From a virus (lineage: Duplodnaviria; Caudoviricetes), in the IMG/VR virus record IMGVR_UViG_3300048999_000117, positions 1 through 53,491 of that record: a DNA stretch of 53,491 nt, one strand, 5' to 3'. The notes below the pieces were generated by a model, which ran no database searches, was not told the DNA's origin, and worked only from the letters and a program-made list of their open reading frames with translations. This document shows positions 36,415 to 44,356 of the stretch, piece after piece; the first letter of the stretch is position 1, and the number at the start of each line of letters is the position of its first letter. Position numbers and translations under genes: made by a program.

Positions 36415-37058
36415 AGCCCGAAGAGACCGTCGTCCTCGCCCGCTACGTGCGCGCCCTCTGCCCCCAGCAGCGGTTCGACGAGTACACGCCCGACGCCTGG
36501 CACGACGTCCTCGGCGACCTGCCCCTCGACGGCGCCCGCACCGCCGCTGCCACGGTGGCGCGCCGCCAACCCTGGGTCAGCCCCGCCGAGATCATCGCCG
36601 AGTACGAGCAGCGCCGCACCACGGCCGCCGTCGACATCCAAGGCCCCGGCCTCCCCGCCGAAATCCCCGACGCCGATCCCGACGACGTACCCGCCTACCT
36701 CGCCGCCGTCCGCGAACAACGCCACCGCGGCGCCGAGGGCCAGCCCCTCCGCCGACGGCCCGTCGCCGAACTCGTCGCCTCCGTCCGCGCGCAGCTACCC
36801 GACAGCGACGCGCCGCCCACCGTCCGCCGATCCGGCCCGCTCGGCATCACCTGCCCCCAGTGCTCCGCCGCCATCGGCCGCCCCTGCAAGGCGCCCTCCG
36901 TCGACAGCCGCCCGCCCCGCGAGCGCGCCCCCCACGCCGCCCGCCGCAACACCGCCGCCGGCCAACCCGCCGACCCCGCCGCCACCCGCGCCGATGAACA
37001 GCAACGCCGCGCCGCCTACCTCCGCCAGCTCGAACAGATGCAGGAGCCCACACCGTGA
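36411..37058 (+). CDS. Putative helicase loader/inhibitor-like protein with C-terminal zinc finger
   Basis: AWHDVL.D.....A...V......PAEI pattern after rep; CPQC.A..G.PC...H. Confidence 0.6.
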   Translation: MKPEETVVLARYVRALCPQQRFDEYTPDAWHDVLGDLPLDGARTAAATVARRQPWVSPAEIIAEYEQRRTTAAVDIQGPGLPAEIPDADPDDVPAYLAAVREQRHRGAEGQPLRRRPVAELVASVRAQLPDSDAPPTVRRSGPLGITCPQCSAAIGRPCKAPSVDSRPPRERAPHAARRNTAAGQPADPAATRADEQQRRAAYLRQLEQMQEPTP

Positions 37059-37189
37059 CCGACCGCGACACCCCGCCTGCCCCGCGCACCGCCGCCGAAG
37101 CCGCCCGCCAACTCGCCGACGAGGGCAAGCACGTGCACCTCGTGTCCGACGGCGACACCACCTGCGTCTCGAAGGACTGCCAGCCGTGA
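37055..37189 (+). CDS. 44-aa hypothetical protein
   Basis: GTGA coupling at both ends; AGGAG RBS. Confidence 0.55.
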   Translation: MTDRDTPPAPRTAAEAARQLADEGKHVHLVSDGDTTCVSKDCQP

Positions 37190-37788
37190 CCCAACTCCCG
37201 CGCCGCTTCCACCTCCAGCGCGACACCGACACCACCGGCATGTCCGGCACAGGCCGCGTCGCCGACGGCATCCGCTGGCGCGACGGCACCGCCTCCGTCA
37301 TATGGCTCAGCCCCCGCCCCAGCATCGCCTTCTGGTACCGCATCGGCGCCGGCATGACCGACGCCGAATGGATCCACACCCACGGCGGCGGACCCAACAC
37401 CCGCATCGTCTGGGACGACCCCGAACCAGAGCACACCGGCGGCAACGCCGAGGACTGCCCCGCCTGCGCAGGAACGAACCCGCCCTACCCATTCATCTGC
37501 CCGCGGCCTGCCGCCGCTCCATCCGCCGACTCTCAGCCCAGCCCACTGCCGGAGGTCTGGGTCGTCTGGCGCGAGGACGAAGCCGCCTACGGCTACTTCG
37601 CCACCGAGCAGGCCGGCAAGCAGGCCACGATCGACTACTGGGAAGAAGACGAACCGGCCTGCCCCGACTACAGCTGGCGGCCGGACGGCCCCCGCTGGGA
37701 ACTCCTCGTCGGCGCCGAACGGTCCGGCGTGTACGCGAGCCGCCACAAGGTCTACAGCCAGCCCGTCGCGACCGAGATGGGGGCCTGA
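37186..37788 (+). CDS. Hypothetical protein
   Basis: RRF.L.R..D.TG.SGTG.VA.G N-terminal phage motif. Confidence 0.7.
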   Translation: MTQLPRRFHLQRDTDTTGMSGTGRVADGIRWRDGTASVIWLSPRPSIAFWYRIGAGMTDAEWIHTHGGGPNTRIVWDDPEPEHTGGNAEDCPACAGTNPPYPFICPRPAAAPSADSQPSPLPEVWVVWREDEAAYGYFATEQAGKQATIDYWEEDEPACPDYSWRPDGPRWELLVGAERSGVYASRHKVYSQPVATEMGA

Positions 37789-37791
37789 CCC

Positions 37792-38337
37792 ATGGCCGAG
37801 CAGCACGCCCTCTTCGACTCCGAGCCCGCAACCGCACCGCCCACCGTGCTCGGCTCCGCGATCCTGTCCGACTGCGAGCGGTACCGGTACCTCCTCGGCC
37901 GCGAGTGGACGGACGGACCGACCGCCGTGTTCGTGATGCTCAACCCGTCCACCGCCGACGCCCTCCACAACGACCCGACGATCCGCCGCTGCCTGCGCTA
38001 CGCCCGCGACTGGGGTTGCGGCGCTCTCATGGTCGCCAACCTCTACGCCTGGCGCGCCACCGACCCCGCCGAACTCTGGACCGCCGCCGACCCCATAGGC
38101 CCGGAGAACGACGCGCACCTGTACGCCGCTGCCACGATCGCCGCCGAATCGGGCGGCCCGCTCGTCGGCGCATGGGGCGCCAGCGCCAGGCCGGACCGGA
38201 TAGCCGCCGTCCTCGCCCTGCCCGGCATGGACAGGCTGACGGCGCTCGCGGTGACGAAGGCCGGCCAGCCGAAGCATCCGCTGTACCTGAGCGCCGAGCT
38301 GACCCCGCAGCCGTGGGCGCCACCCAAGGAGGCCTGA
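37792..38337 (+). CDS. DUF1643 protein
   Basis: RYRY.L.R.W, VMLNPSTAD...DPTIRRC, NLYAWRATDP, G.PKHPLY. Confidence 0.9.
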   Translation: MAEQHALFDSEPATAPPTVLGSAILSDCERYRYLLGREWTDGPTAVFVMLNPSTADALHNDPTIRRCLRYARDWGCGALMVANLYAWRATDPAELWTAADPIGPENDAHLYAAATIAAESGGPLVGAWGASARPDRIAAVLALPGMDRLTALAVTKAGQPKHPLYLSAELTPQPWAPPKEA

Positions 38338-38340
38338 CCG

Positions 38341-38652
38341 ATGGGCCTTCATCAGGGGGCGCCGATGCCCGCCAGCCTCCGGCACGGTCTGCGCGCTCGC
38401 GCACACCCCGCGCGCTCCGTGCCCTGCCCGCACGAGCCGTGCCACGCCCGCGCACACCAGTCGTGCATCGTCCGCGTCAACGGGCGCGTGCTCGCGCAGC
38501 CGCACGACTCCCGCATCAACGCGTGGGCCCTCGCCATCGCCTGCTGCCCCGACTGCCAGGTCACGCCCGGCACCCCGTGCCACGACGACGGCACCCCGAT
38601 CGCCGAAGTCCACGACCGCCGTGTCCAGGAAGCGAAGGAGACGCTGGCATGA
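38341..38652 (+). CDS. Double zinc-finger protein
   Basis: Two CP..C.....C...H..R units. Confidence 0.7.
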   Translation: MGLHQGAPMPASLRHGLRARAHPARSVPCPHEPCHARAHQSCIVRVNGRVLAQPHDSRINAWALAIACCPDCQVTPGTPCHDDGTPIAEVHDRRVQEAKETLA

Positions 38653-38849
38653 CGCCTCTTGAACGCCTCCTCCAGGAGGCCATACCCGTCCGGCCCGAAC
38701 GGCCCGACGGAACCCACAGCGTGTGGACGAAGCAGGAGCAAGACCGGCACTGGGAGGAACTCGCCGACGCGATCGGCGTACCCGTCCGACCTCGGCCGGC
38801 GCATCCCGCACCGGTCCGCGAGGACGAGGACAGCGAGGCAGCAGCGTGA
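38649..38849 (+). CDS. Hypothetical protein
   Basis: ATGA/GTGA coupling. Confidence 0.6.
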   Translation: MTPLERLLQEAIPVRPERPDGTHSVWTKQEQDRHWEELADAIGVPVRPRPAHPAPVREDEDSEAAA

Positions 38850-39193
38850 CGGGCGGGGGCGGTGTGACTGGAGAGGCCCCGACGTGCATGGCCTGCGGCC
38901 GTCTCCTGCGCGACGAGGAGTCCAAGCGGCTCCGCCTCGGGCCCGTCTGCCGCAGGCGCCTGGCGGGCCTCCTGACGCCCCGCCCCCGCAACAGCCGTAC
39001 AACGCGATCAACCAGCACAACAGCGGATCAACTCACCCTCGACCTCGACGAGTACGACGACGAGGAGCCCGACGAGGACGAGTGGTTCGACAACGACCTC
39101 CGGATCCCGGACCCGGACCTCCGCGGGCAAGGTCTCACCGCCCGTCAGCTCAACACCCTCGCCGACGTACCCCTCACCGGGAGTTACCTGTGA
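38846..39193 (+). CDS. DUF6011-like zinc-finger protein
   Basis: CMACGRLL.D.ES....LGPVC. Confidence 0.7.
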   Translation: MTGGGGVTGEAPTCMACGRLLRDEESKRLRLGPVCRRRLAGLLTPRPRNSRTTRSTSTTADQLTLDLDEYDDEEPDEDEWFDNDLRIPDPDLRGQGLTARQLNTLADVPLTGSYL

Positions 39194-40215
39194 CCGACCA
39201 GATCACTGCCCACGGCCCTGCCGACTGGACGCCTGACCACTACCGCGGCGACGGCCTCCAGCCCTTCGACGTCATCAACGCATTCGGCCTCGACTTCTAC
39301 GAGGGCAACGCGATCAAGTACCTCCTGCGGTGGCGGAAGAAGAACGGCATTGAGGACCTCCGCAAGGCGCGCACCTACGTGCAGGTCCTCATCGACCGCG
39401 CCGAGCAGGAGTCCACCCGGACGCTCGACTGGATTGCGCGCGGCACCCGGGACCTGTCCATCCCCGAGCAGACCCCGGCCGCCGACGGGGACGCATGCCT
39501 GACCCACATCAAGGGCGCCTGCGACGGCACCACCCAAGGCTGCGTTCGCCCCACGAGCGACGACACCCTGCGCTTCCTGCGCCGCGAGTCCCTGCTCGTG
39601 CTCCTCACTCGCCTCCAGCGCGGCCGGACGCTCAGCGAGGAGGAAGCGGGCACGCTCCGGCACCACGTCGAGACCGAGATGTGCGAAGCCAACACCGCGC
39701 GGGAGGAGCGCGACGAGTACGCCCGGCGGTGCGGCGAGAGCGACGCCGAGGCGGACATCGCGCAGCACAAGCTGGAGCACGCCCGAGCGATCGCTCATCG
39801 TCTCGCTGCCCACGCGGTCGGCTTCCATGACGTGCTTGACGAGAGCGACCACGGTCCGTGGGGCAAGACGGTCGGCGCGGACATCGCCGACCTGGTAGCC
39901 GCCCTCGACGGCACCGAGCAACCCACCACGGAGACGGTCCCGTACACCCAACTGCGGGCCGCCTACGAGGAGTCATGGCAGCTCATCGAGATGCAGAAGG
40001 AGTTCATCGGCAAGCTGCGCCGCCTGATCATGACCGCGATCACCGACCGCGAGGACCGCCGCGTCCAGGCCGAGTCCTGCGTCCACTGCGGCCGGGACCA
40101 CATGAACGAGCTGTACGAGGCGATCATCGCGGCCGACAAGGAGTACGCCGAGGCGTTCCCGGCAACCGCCGAAGGACCCGCGCGCCCCGGGCGACTGCCC
40201 GAGACGGGGGCCTGA
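39190..40215 (+). CDS. DUF3310-domain protein with mosaic C-terminal extension
   Basis: PDHY....QPFDVI....F.EGNAIKYL.R..KKNG.EDL.KA..Y. Confidence 0.8.
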   Translation: MTDQITAHGPADWTPDHYRGDGLQPFDVINAFGLDFYEGNAIKYLLRWRKKNGIEDLRKARTYVQVLIDRAEQESTRTLDWIARGTRDLSIPEQTPAADGDACLTHIKGACDGTTQGCVRPTSDDTLRFLRRESLLVLLTRLQRGRTLSEEEAGTLRHHVETEMCEANTAREERDEYARRCGESDAEADIAQHKLEHARAIAHRLAAHAVGFHDVLDESDHGPWGKTVGADIADLVAALDGTEQPTTETVPYTQLRAAYEESWQLIEMQKEFIGKLRRLIMTAITDREDRRVQAESCVHCGRDHMNELYEAIIAADKEYAEAFPATAEGPARPGRLPETGA

Positions 40216-40217
40216 CG

Positions 40218-40520
40218 ATGACGGCGCACCCGATCCCCGAGAACGGCCACTGCTGGTGGCTGGTGAGCGGCAAGGAACGGCGGCTGCACGCCGTCGCTGG
40301 CCAGCGCATCAGCCCGGCCGCCATGCGTTCGGCGATCGACGAGTGCCGACTGCTCCCCGCCCGAGCCGTCTGCGGGCTGCGCCGCCGGTGGTGGATGCCC
40401 GGCCTCTTCAGCCGCCTCGGCCGCCGCCGCTGCGTCCCCTGCTGCCGTGCCCTCGCCATCCCGCCCGGTTGTGGCACCCCCGCCAACGAGACCGACCTCC
40501 AGAAGGACCAGGCCGCATGA
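40218..40520 (+). CDS. Cys-rich hypothetical protein
   Basis: RLHAV...AVCG...MPG..SRL...RC..CC. Confidence 0.6.
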   Translation: MTAHPIPENGHCWWLVSGKERRLHAVAGQRISPAAMRSAIDECRLLPARAVCGLRRRWWMPGLFSRLGRRRCVPCCRALAIPPGCGTPANETDLQKDQAA

Positions 40521-40873
40521 CTGACCAGTCGTTGCCCGCCGCCGAGTGGGGCGTCGTCGTCGACGAGGTCCTCCTCAACAGCCTCGGCACCACCGCGGGC
40601 GCCTGGTGGGCCGAGCAAGCCGCGCACTTCCACCGCGCCGGAAAGCTGCGTCACCTCGTCGCGCTGCCGATCGGAGGTATCACCGAGATCGGGCCGCTCC
40701 CCCGAGATGACGCCGAGTTCGCGCGGGACCACCTCATCGAGAACGGCGTCCACCCGCGAGCCGTGACCGCCCGCCGCTGGTCCGCGCAGCCCCATATGCC
40801 GAAGTGCCGCAGGGCCAAGCCCTGCCGCCTGTGCGCGCCGGCCTCCGCCGAGCCGCAACAGTCCGTCGCCTGA
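40517..40873 (+). CDS. Hypothetical protein
   Basis: ATGA coupling, AGGA RBS. Confidence 0.65.
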   Translation: MTDQSLPAAEWGVVVDEVLLNSLGTTAGAWWAEQAAHFHRAGKLRHLVALPIGGITEIGPLPRDDAEFARDHLIENGVHPRAVTARRWSAQPHMPKCRRAKPCRLCAPASAEPQQSVA

Positions 40874-40903
40874 CCCACCCCGCACGCCCGCAAGGAGCCC
40901 GCC

Positions 40904-41590
40904 GTGAACGACGCCGCCCGCACCTGGCCCTGCGCCGCCGCGACCTGCCAGCGCACCCTCCGCGACTACGAACTCGACGGAGAACAAACCATCTGCACAC
41001 CTTGCGTCTCCGCCATCCGCACCTGGCTGCACGAGATCCCCCTCCAGCTCGTCGTCATCGGCGGCAGCCGCCAGCGCGAGACCGTCGGAGCCGTCGGCGG
41101 CAGCGGCACCCGCACCCCGCCTCTGCCCGGCCGCGAGGACGTCCTCAACCTCGTCGGCCCCTCGGCTTGGACCGCCGTCCGTGACGAGCACGGCGACCAG
41201 CACGGGCCCGTGCCCATCGTGGGAGTCCTCACCGGCTGGGTCCGGCTCGTCGGTGAGGAACGCACCTGGAACGGGCCCGCGATCGTCACCCCGGAGGCGC
41301 TCGCCCTGTGGCTCGGGCGGGACCGCGTCCTCGACTGGGTGTGCCGGCGCCCGTGGGCGGGTGAGTACCGCGACGAGTTGCACGCGCTGATGCGCACCAT
41401 CCGCAGCGTCACCCGCCTCCGGCCGCAGCGTCGGCCCGTCCCGCAGCCCTGCCCCCGCTGCGACTCGCTCACCCTCGTCGAGACCGACCACGAGATCTAC
41501 ATCGACTGCGGCACCTGCGAGAACCGGTTCACCCGCGAGGAGTTGAAGCTCGCCGCGCGCATCGCGACTGCGGCCATGGACGCAGCATGA
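40904..41590 (+). CDS. Zinc-finger protein at the end of the early region (candidate late-gene regulator)
   Basis: N- and C-terminal CxxC clusters; AGGAG RBS; function inferred from position only. Confidence 0.6.
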   Translation: MNDAARTWPCAAATCQRTLRDYELDGEQTICTPCVSAIRTWLHEIPLQLVVIGGSRQRETVGAVGGSGTRTPPLPGREDVLNLVGPSAWTAVRDEHGDQHGPVPIVGVLTGWVRLVGEERTWNGPAIVTPEALALWLGRDRVLDWVCRRPWAGEYRDELHALMRTIRSVTRLRPQRRPVPQPCPRCDSLTLVETDHEIYIDCGTCENRFTREELKLAARIATAAMDAA

Positions 41591-41591
41591 T

Positions 41592-41618
41592 GCGGCCCCC
41601 GCCACAGGCGGGGGCCGT
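41592..41618. terminator. Bidirectional terminator at the left border of the conjugation module
   Basis: GCGGCCCCCGCC-ACA-GGCGGGGGCCGT between convergent genes. Confidence 0.75.
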
Positions 41619-41798
41619 CTACTCGGTGCCGCCCTCGGGGGGCCTGTCTGGTAGTTCGTCCGTCTCGTGTACAAGCCAGCGGAGGAAGTCGCGGATCGCC
41701 GCGCCTCGGTTCCGTGGTCCGACTGCCTGCCCGGCCTTGTCCCACAGCTCTTTCTCGACGCGGACGGTCTGGCGGGGCGTCTTCTCAACGTTCGGCAT
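41619..41798 (-). CDS. 59-aa ribbon-helix-helix (Kor/Arc/CopG-like) repressor; missing from the ORF track
   Basis: MPNVEKTPRQTVRVEKELWDKAGQAVGPRNRGAAIRDFLRWLVHE...; GGAG RBS; divergent from the spd-tra operon. Confidence 0.8.
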   Translation of the reverse strand: MPNVEKTPRQTVRVEKELWDKAGQAVGPRNRGAAIRDFLRWLVHETDELPDRPPEGGTE

Positions 41799-41812
41799 CG
41801 GCGCTCCAGTTC

Positions 41813-41881
41813 GTCATGACACCGTGAGGTTACCCATTGCGGTGTCATGACACCAGGGTCTAGGGTGGGTGTCATGACACC
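41813..41881. promoter_or_regulatory. Promoter TTGCGG-N18-TAGGGT with palindromic GGTGTCATGACACC operators
   Basis: Perfect palindromes at 41841-41854 and 41868-41881, partial copy at 41813-41823; -35 at 41837, -10 at 41861. Confidence 0.85.
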
Positions 41882-41982
41882 GGGCCCCAGGGCCCGACAA
41901 CAGAAGACAGCCCATGCCCGGGATTCCCGTCCCAGGCATGGGCCTAACCGAACCTTCCTGATCAGACCAGGAGGCATCAGCT

Positions 41983-42336
41983 GTGGCTGATCATTCCGCG
42001 CGCCCCGACGCGCCCGCAAGTTCCCCGACCATCGCCGAGCTGCTCCGCCTCTGCGCGGAGGACTACGCCAGCACCGCACACCTGCGCCACCCCAGCGAAC
42101 ACACGGCCCCGGAACGCCCCTGCCCCGCCACGTTCCCCACCGACCCGACGCCCTGCCGCGGCCCGATCGCCGTCACCGTCCTCGACACCGAGAACGCCGG
42201 CGCCGACGGCTGCGAGTACCACGCCGCCCGCCTCCTCGCCTCGCTCAACGGCGGACGCGTCCACGCCCGGCCGGACGCCCCCGACGGCGCCGCCCTCCGC
42301 GTCTTCAAGGCCGCCGCCGGCGGTGAGCGCCAGTGA
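41983..42336 (+). CDS. Hypothetical plasmid-type protein with Cys/His motif
   Basis: AGGAGG RBS; CPA....DPTPC.G.......GCE.HAARLLASL. Confidence 0.7.
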   Translation: MADHSARPDAPASSPTIAELLRLCAEDYASTAHLRHPSEHTAPERPCPATFPTDPTPCRGPIAVTVLDTENAGADGCEYHAARLLASLNGGRVHARPDAPDGAALRVFKAAAGGERQ

Positions 42337-43196
42337 GCCGCACCCGCCGCGTCCTGGCCAAGCTGACCGCACCCTTCCGCACCAAGGCCCCCGCCGTCGG
42401 CCGTCGCTCGGCCGCCCCGCTGTGGGTCCGCGGACTCACAGCCGGCGGACGCCCCATCGTCCTCGGAGTCGCCCTCCTCATGTGCGCACCCGGCGAGTAC
42501 CACCTCGCCGAGACCGCCGGATGGAACGACCCCTTCACCTACGGCATGCCGGTCGTCCTCTCCGCCTACGCGGGCATCGCCGCCGCCGTCGCCTCCACCC
42601 GCCGCCGAGGCGACCGGGGCCGCTGGTCCGCGATCATCGGCGCCTGCCTCGCCCTCGGCCTCGCCATGGCCGCCCAGGTCGTCAGCCACCTCATCACCAC
42701 CGGGCACGTCATCGCCGACCAGCCCATCCTGATCGCCGTCACCAGCCTCGTCCCGCCCGCCGTCGTCGGTCACCTCCTACACCTCGCGGCCAGCCCGCCG
42801 GACGCACACCAGGACGCACAGGACACCCAGGACGCGACCGCGTCCACCCCCGTCCCGAGCGTCCCGGCTATGCGGGACGTGGTCCCGCCCGATGCCCGGC
42901 TGCTGCCGCTCGTCGCCCGCCCGGTGCCAGTCGTAACCCTCGAACGCGAGGACCGACAGGACGACGACAGGACGCGCGAACTCCCGCCCGGGACGGGCCA
43001 GGACGCCGAGGACGGGCCGCCGCCCGAGCCGCCCCTCATGACGTCCGCCCAGGTCGCCGAGCGGTACGGCATCGCGATGTCCACCGTCCGCTCCTGGGTC
43101 GACACAGGACGCCTCACCGTCCACAGCAAGGACGGCCGGAACCGGAGCTTCTTCCACCCGGACGCCCTTCCCGAGCTGGAGGCGGTGCGCTCATGA
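42333..43196 (+). CDS. SpdB-like spread protein: 4 TM segments, linker, C-terminal HTH
   Basis: Four hydrophobic segments; MTSAQVAERYGIAMSTVRSWV HTH. Confidence 0.75.
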   Translation: MSRTRRVLAKLTAPFRTKAPAVGRRSAAPLWVRGLTAGGRPIVLGVALLMCAPGEYHLAETAGWNDPFTYGMPVVLSAYAGIAAAVASTRRRGDRGRWSAIIGACLALGLAMAAQVVSHLITTGHVIADQPILIAVTSLVPPAVVGHLLHLAASPPDAHQDAQDTQDATASTPVPSVPAMRDVVPPDARLLPLVARPVPVVTLEREDRQDDDRTRELPPGTGQDAEDGPPPEPPLMTSAQVAERYGIAMSTVRSWVDTGRLTVHSKDGRNRSFFHPDALPELEAVRS

Positions 43197-43369
43197 CCCG
43201 CCTCGCCTTCGGCGCCGTCCTCGGACTCCTCGTCGCCTGCCCGACTCTGCTCGCCGTCGTCCTGGCCGTCGTCGCTGCGGTCGTCTCGCAGCCCGCCGTC
43301 CTCGCCTTCGCGGCCGGCGTCCTGCTCTGGCCGCGCCTCGCTCGTCGCGTCCGGGGGTGGACCCGATGA
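43193..43369 (+). CDS. Small hydrophobic Spd-like protein
   Basis: 58 aa, almost entirely hydrophobic; ATGA coupling at both ends. Confidence 0.7.
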   Translation: MTRLAFGAVLGLLVACPTLLAVVLAVVAAVVSQPAVLAFAAGVLLWPRLARRVRGWTR

Positions 43370-43683
43370 GCGACGCCCTGCGAAAGGCGGAGGACGCCGT
43401 CCGGGACGCCACCGCCAACACCGACGTCGTCCGCATCGTCGCCGCCGTCCTCGCCACCCAGCAGGCCGCCCAGCAGCAGGCGCCCGCCCCGCCGTCCGCG
43501 CCGACGACAGACCGACGCCCTGTCGGCCTGTACATCGCCGGCGGCATCGGCGCCGCGGTCGCTCTCGCCTTCCTGGCCATGGCCGCCGCGGTCCTCGCGG
43601 TCGCGGTCGCCGTCGGCGCGATCTGCGCCACCGCCTGCGTGCTCGTGCTCCGCAGCATGTGGCGCGACTTCACCAATCGCTGA
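43366..43683 (+). CDS. SpdD-like membrane protein
   Basis: Pro/Gln linker, then a long hydrophobic hairpin ending VLRSMW. Confidence 0.7.
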   Translation: MSDALRKAEDAVRDATANTDVVRIVAAVLATQQAAQQQAPAPPSAPTTDRRPVGLYIAGGIGAAVALAFLAMAAAVLAVAVAVGAICATACVLVLRSMWRDFTNR

Positions 43684-43697
43684 CCAGGGGGAACCCC

Positions 43698-43934
43698 ATG
43701 AACAAGACCACCCAAGAGCAGTACGTCCAGCTTGCGTGGAGCGCCACCGCCAAGGCCGAGCAGCTGGCCCGCGACGCCGAACGGGCCGCCCGCAACGAGG
43801 ACTTGCGGCACAAGGTCGAGCCGCTCGCCGCCGCTGGCCGCCTGTGGGCCGAGGTCGCGCAGGCCTACAGCTCCATCGCCGCCGTGCTGCCCGAGCCGCT
43901 GCCCGAACTGCCCACCGCCGGAACGGAGTACTGA
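43698..43934 (+). CDS. Small helical protein in the transfer operon
   Basis: AGGGGG RBS; Ala-rich helices. Confidence 0.65.
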   Translation: MNKTTQEQYVQLAWSATAKAEQLARDAERAARNEDLRHKVEPLAAAGRLWAEVAQAYSSIAAVLPEPLPELPTAGTEY

Positions 43935-43936
43935 CC

Positions 43937-44272
43937 ATGCGTAGCTCCTACACGCGCGGCGAGAAGCTGCGCCTGGCGTACCTCGTGGCCAAGGCCGCGA
44001 AACAGTCAATGGCTGGTGACCGCAACGTCGACACCATCGACCCGCGGGTGAAGGCTGCGGCCGACCGCATCGAGGAGCGGGCCGCCGAGCGCGGCAAGAG
44101 CGAGGCCAAGGCGCTAGGCGAGCAGCTGGCGAAAGCCCGCAGCGACGCCGCGACCGCCAAGGCGACCATGCGCGCCAGCCGTGGCCAGGACCGGGCCGCA
44201 GCCCGACGCGAGATGCACGAGCGCGAGGCCGCCGGCCGCCGCCTCGAACGCGAGCTACGCAAGTACCAGTAA
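43937..44272 (+). CDS. DUF6257-like plasmid protein with coiled-coil tail
   Basis: T.GEK..LA..VA..AK...A....D.....DRI...A; GGAG RBS. Confidence 0.6.
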   Translation: MRSSYTRGEKLRLAYLVAKAAKQSMAGDRNVDTIDPRVKAAADRIEERAAERGKSEAKALGEQLAKARSDAATAKATMRASRGQDRAAARREMHEREAAGRRLERELRKYQ

Positions 44273-44356
44273 CAACGCCCGGGGACGGCGTCCACCGCCA
44301 AGCAGACCGCCGTCCCCGGACCCCGGACCGCCCAACAGAACGACCGGAGACCCAGC

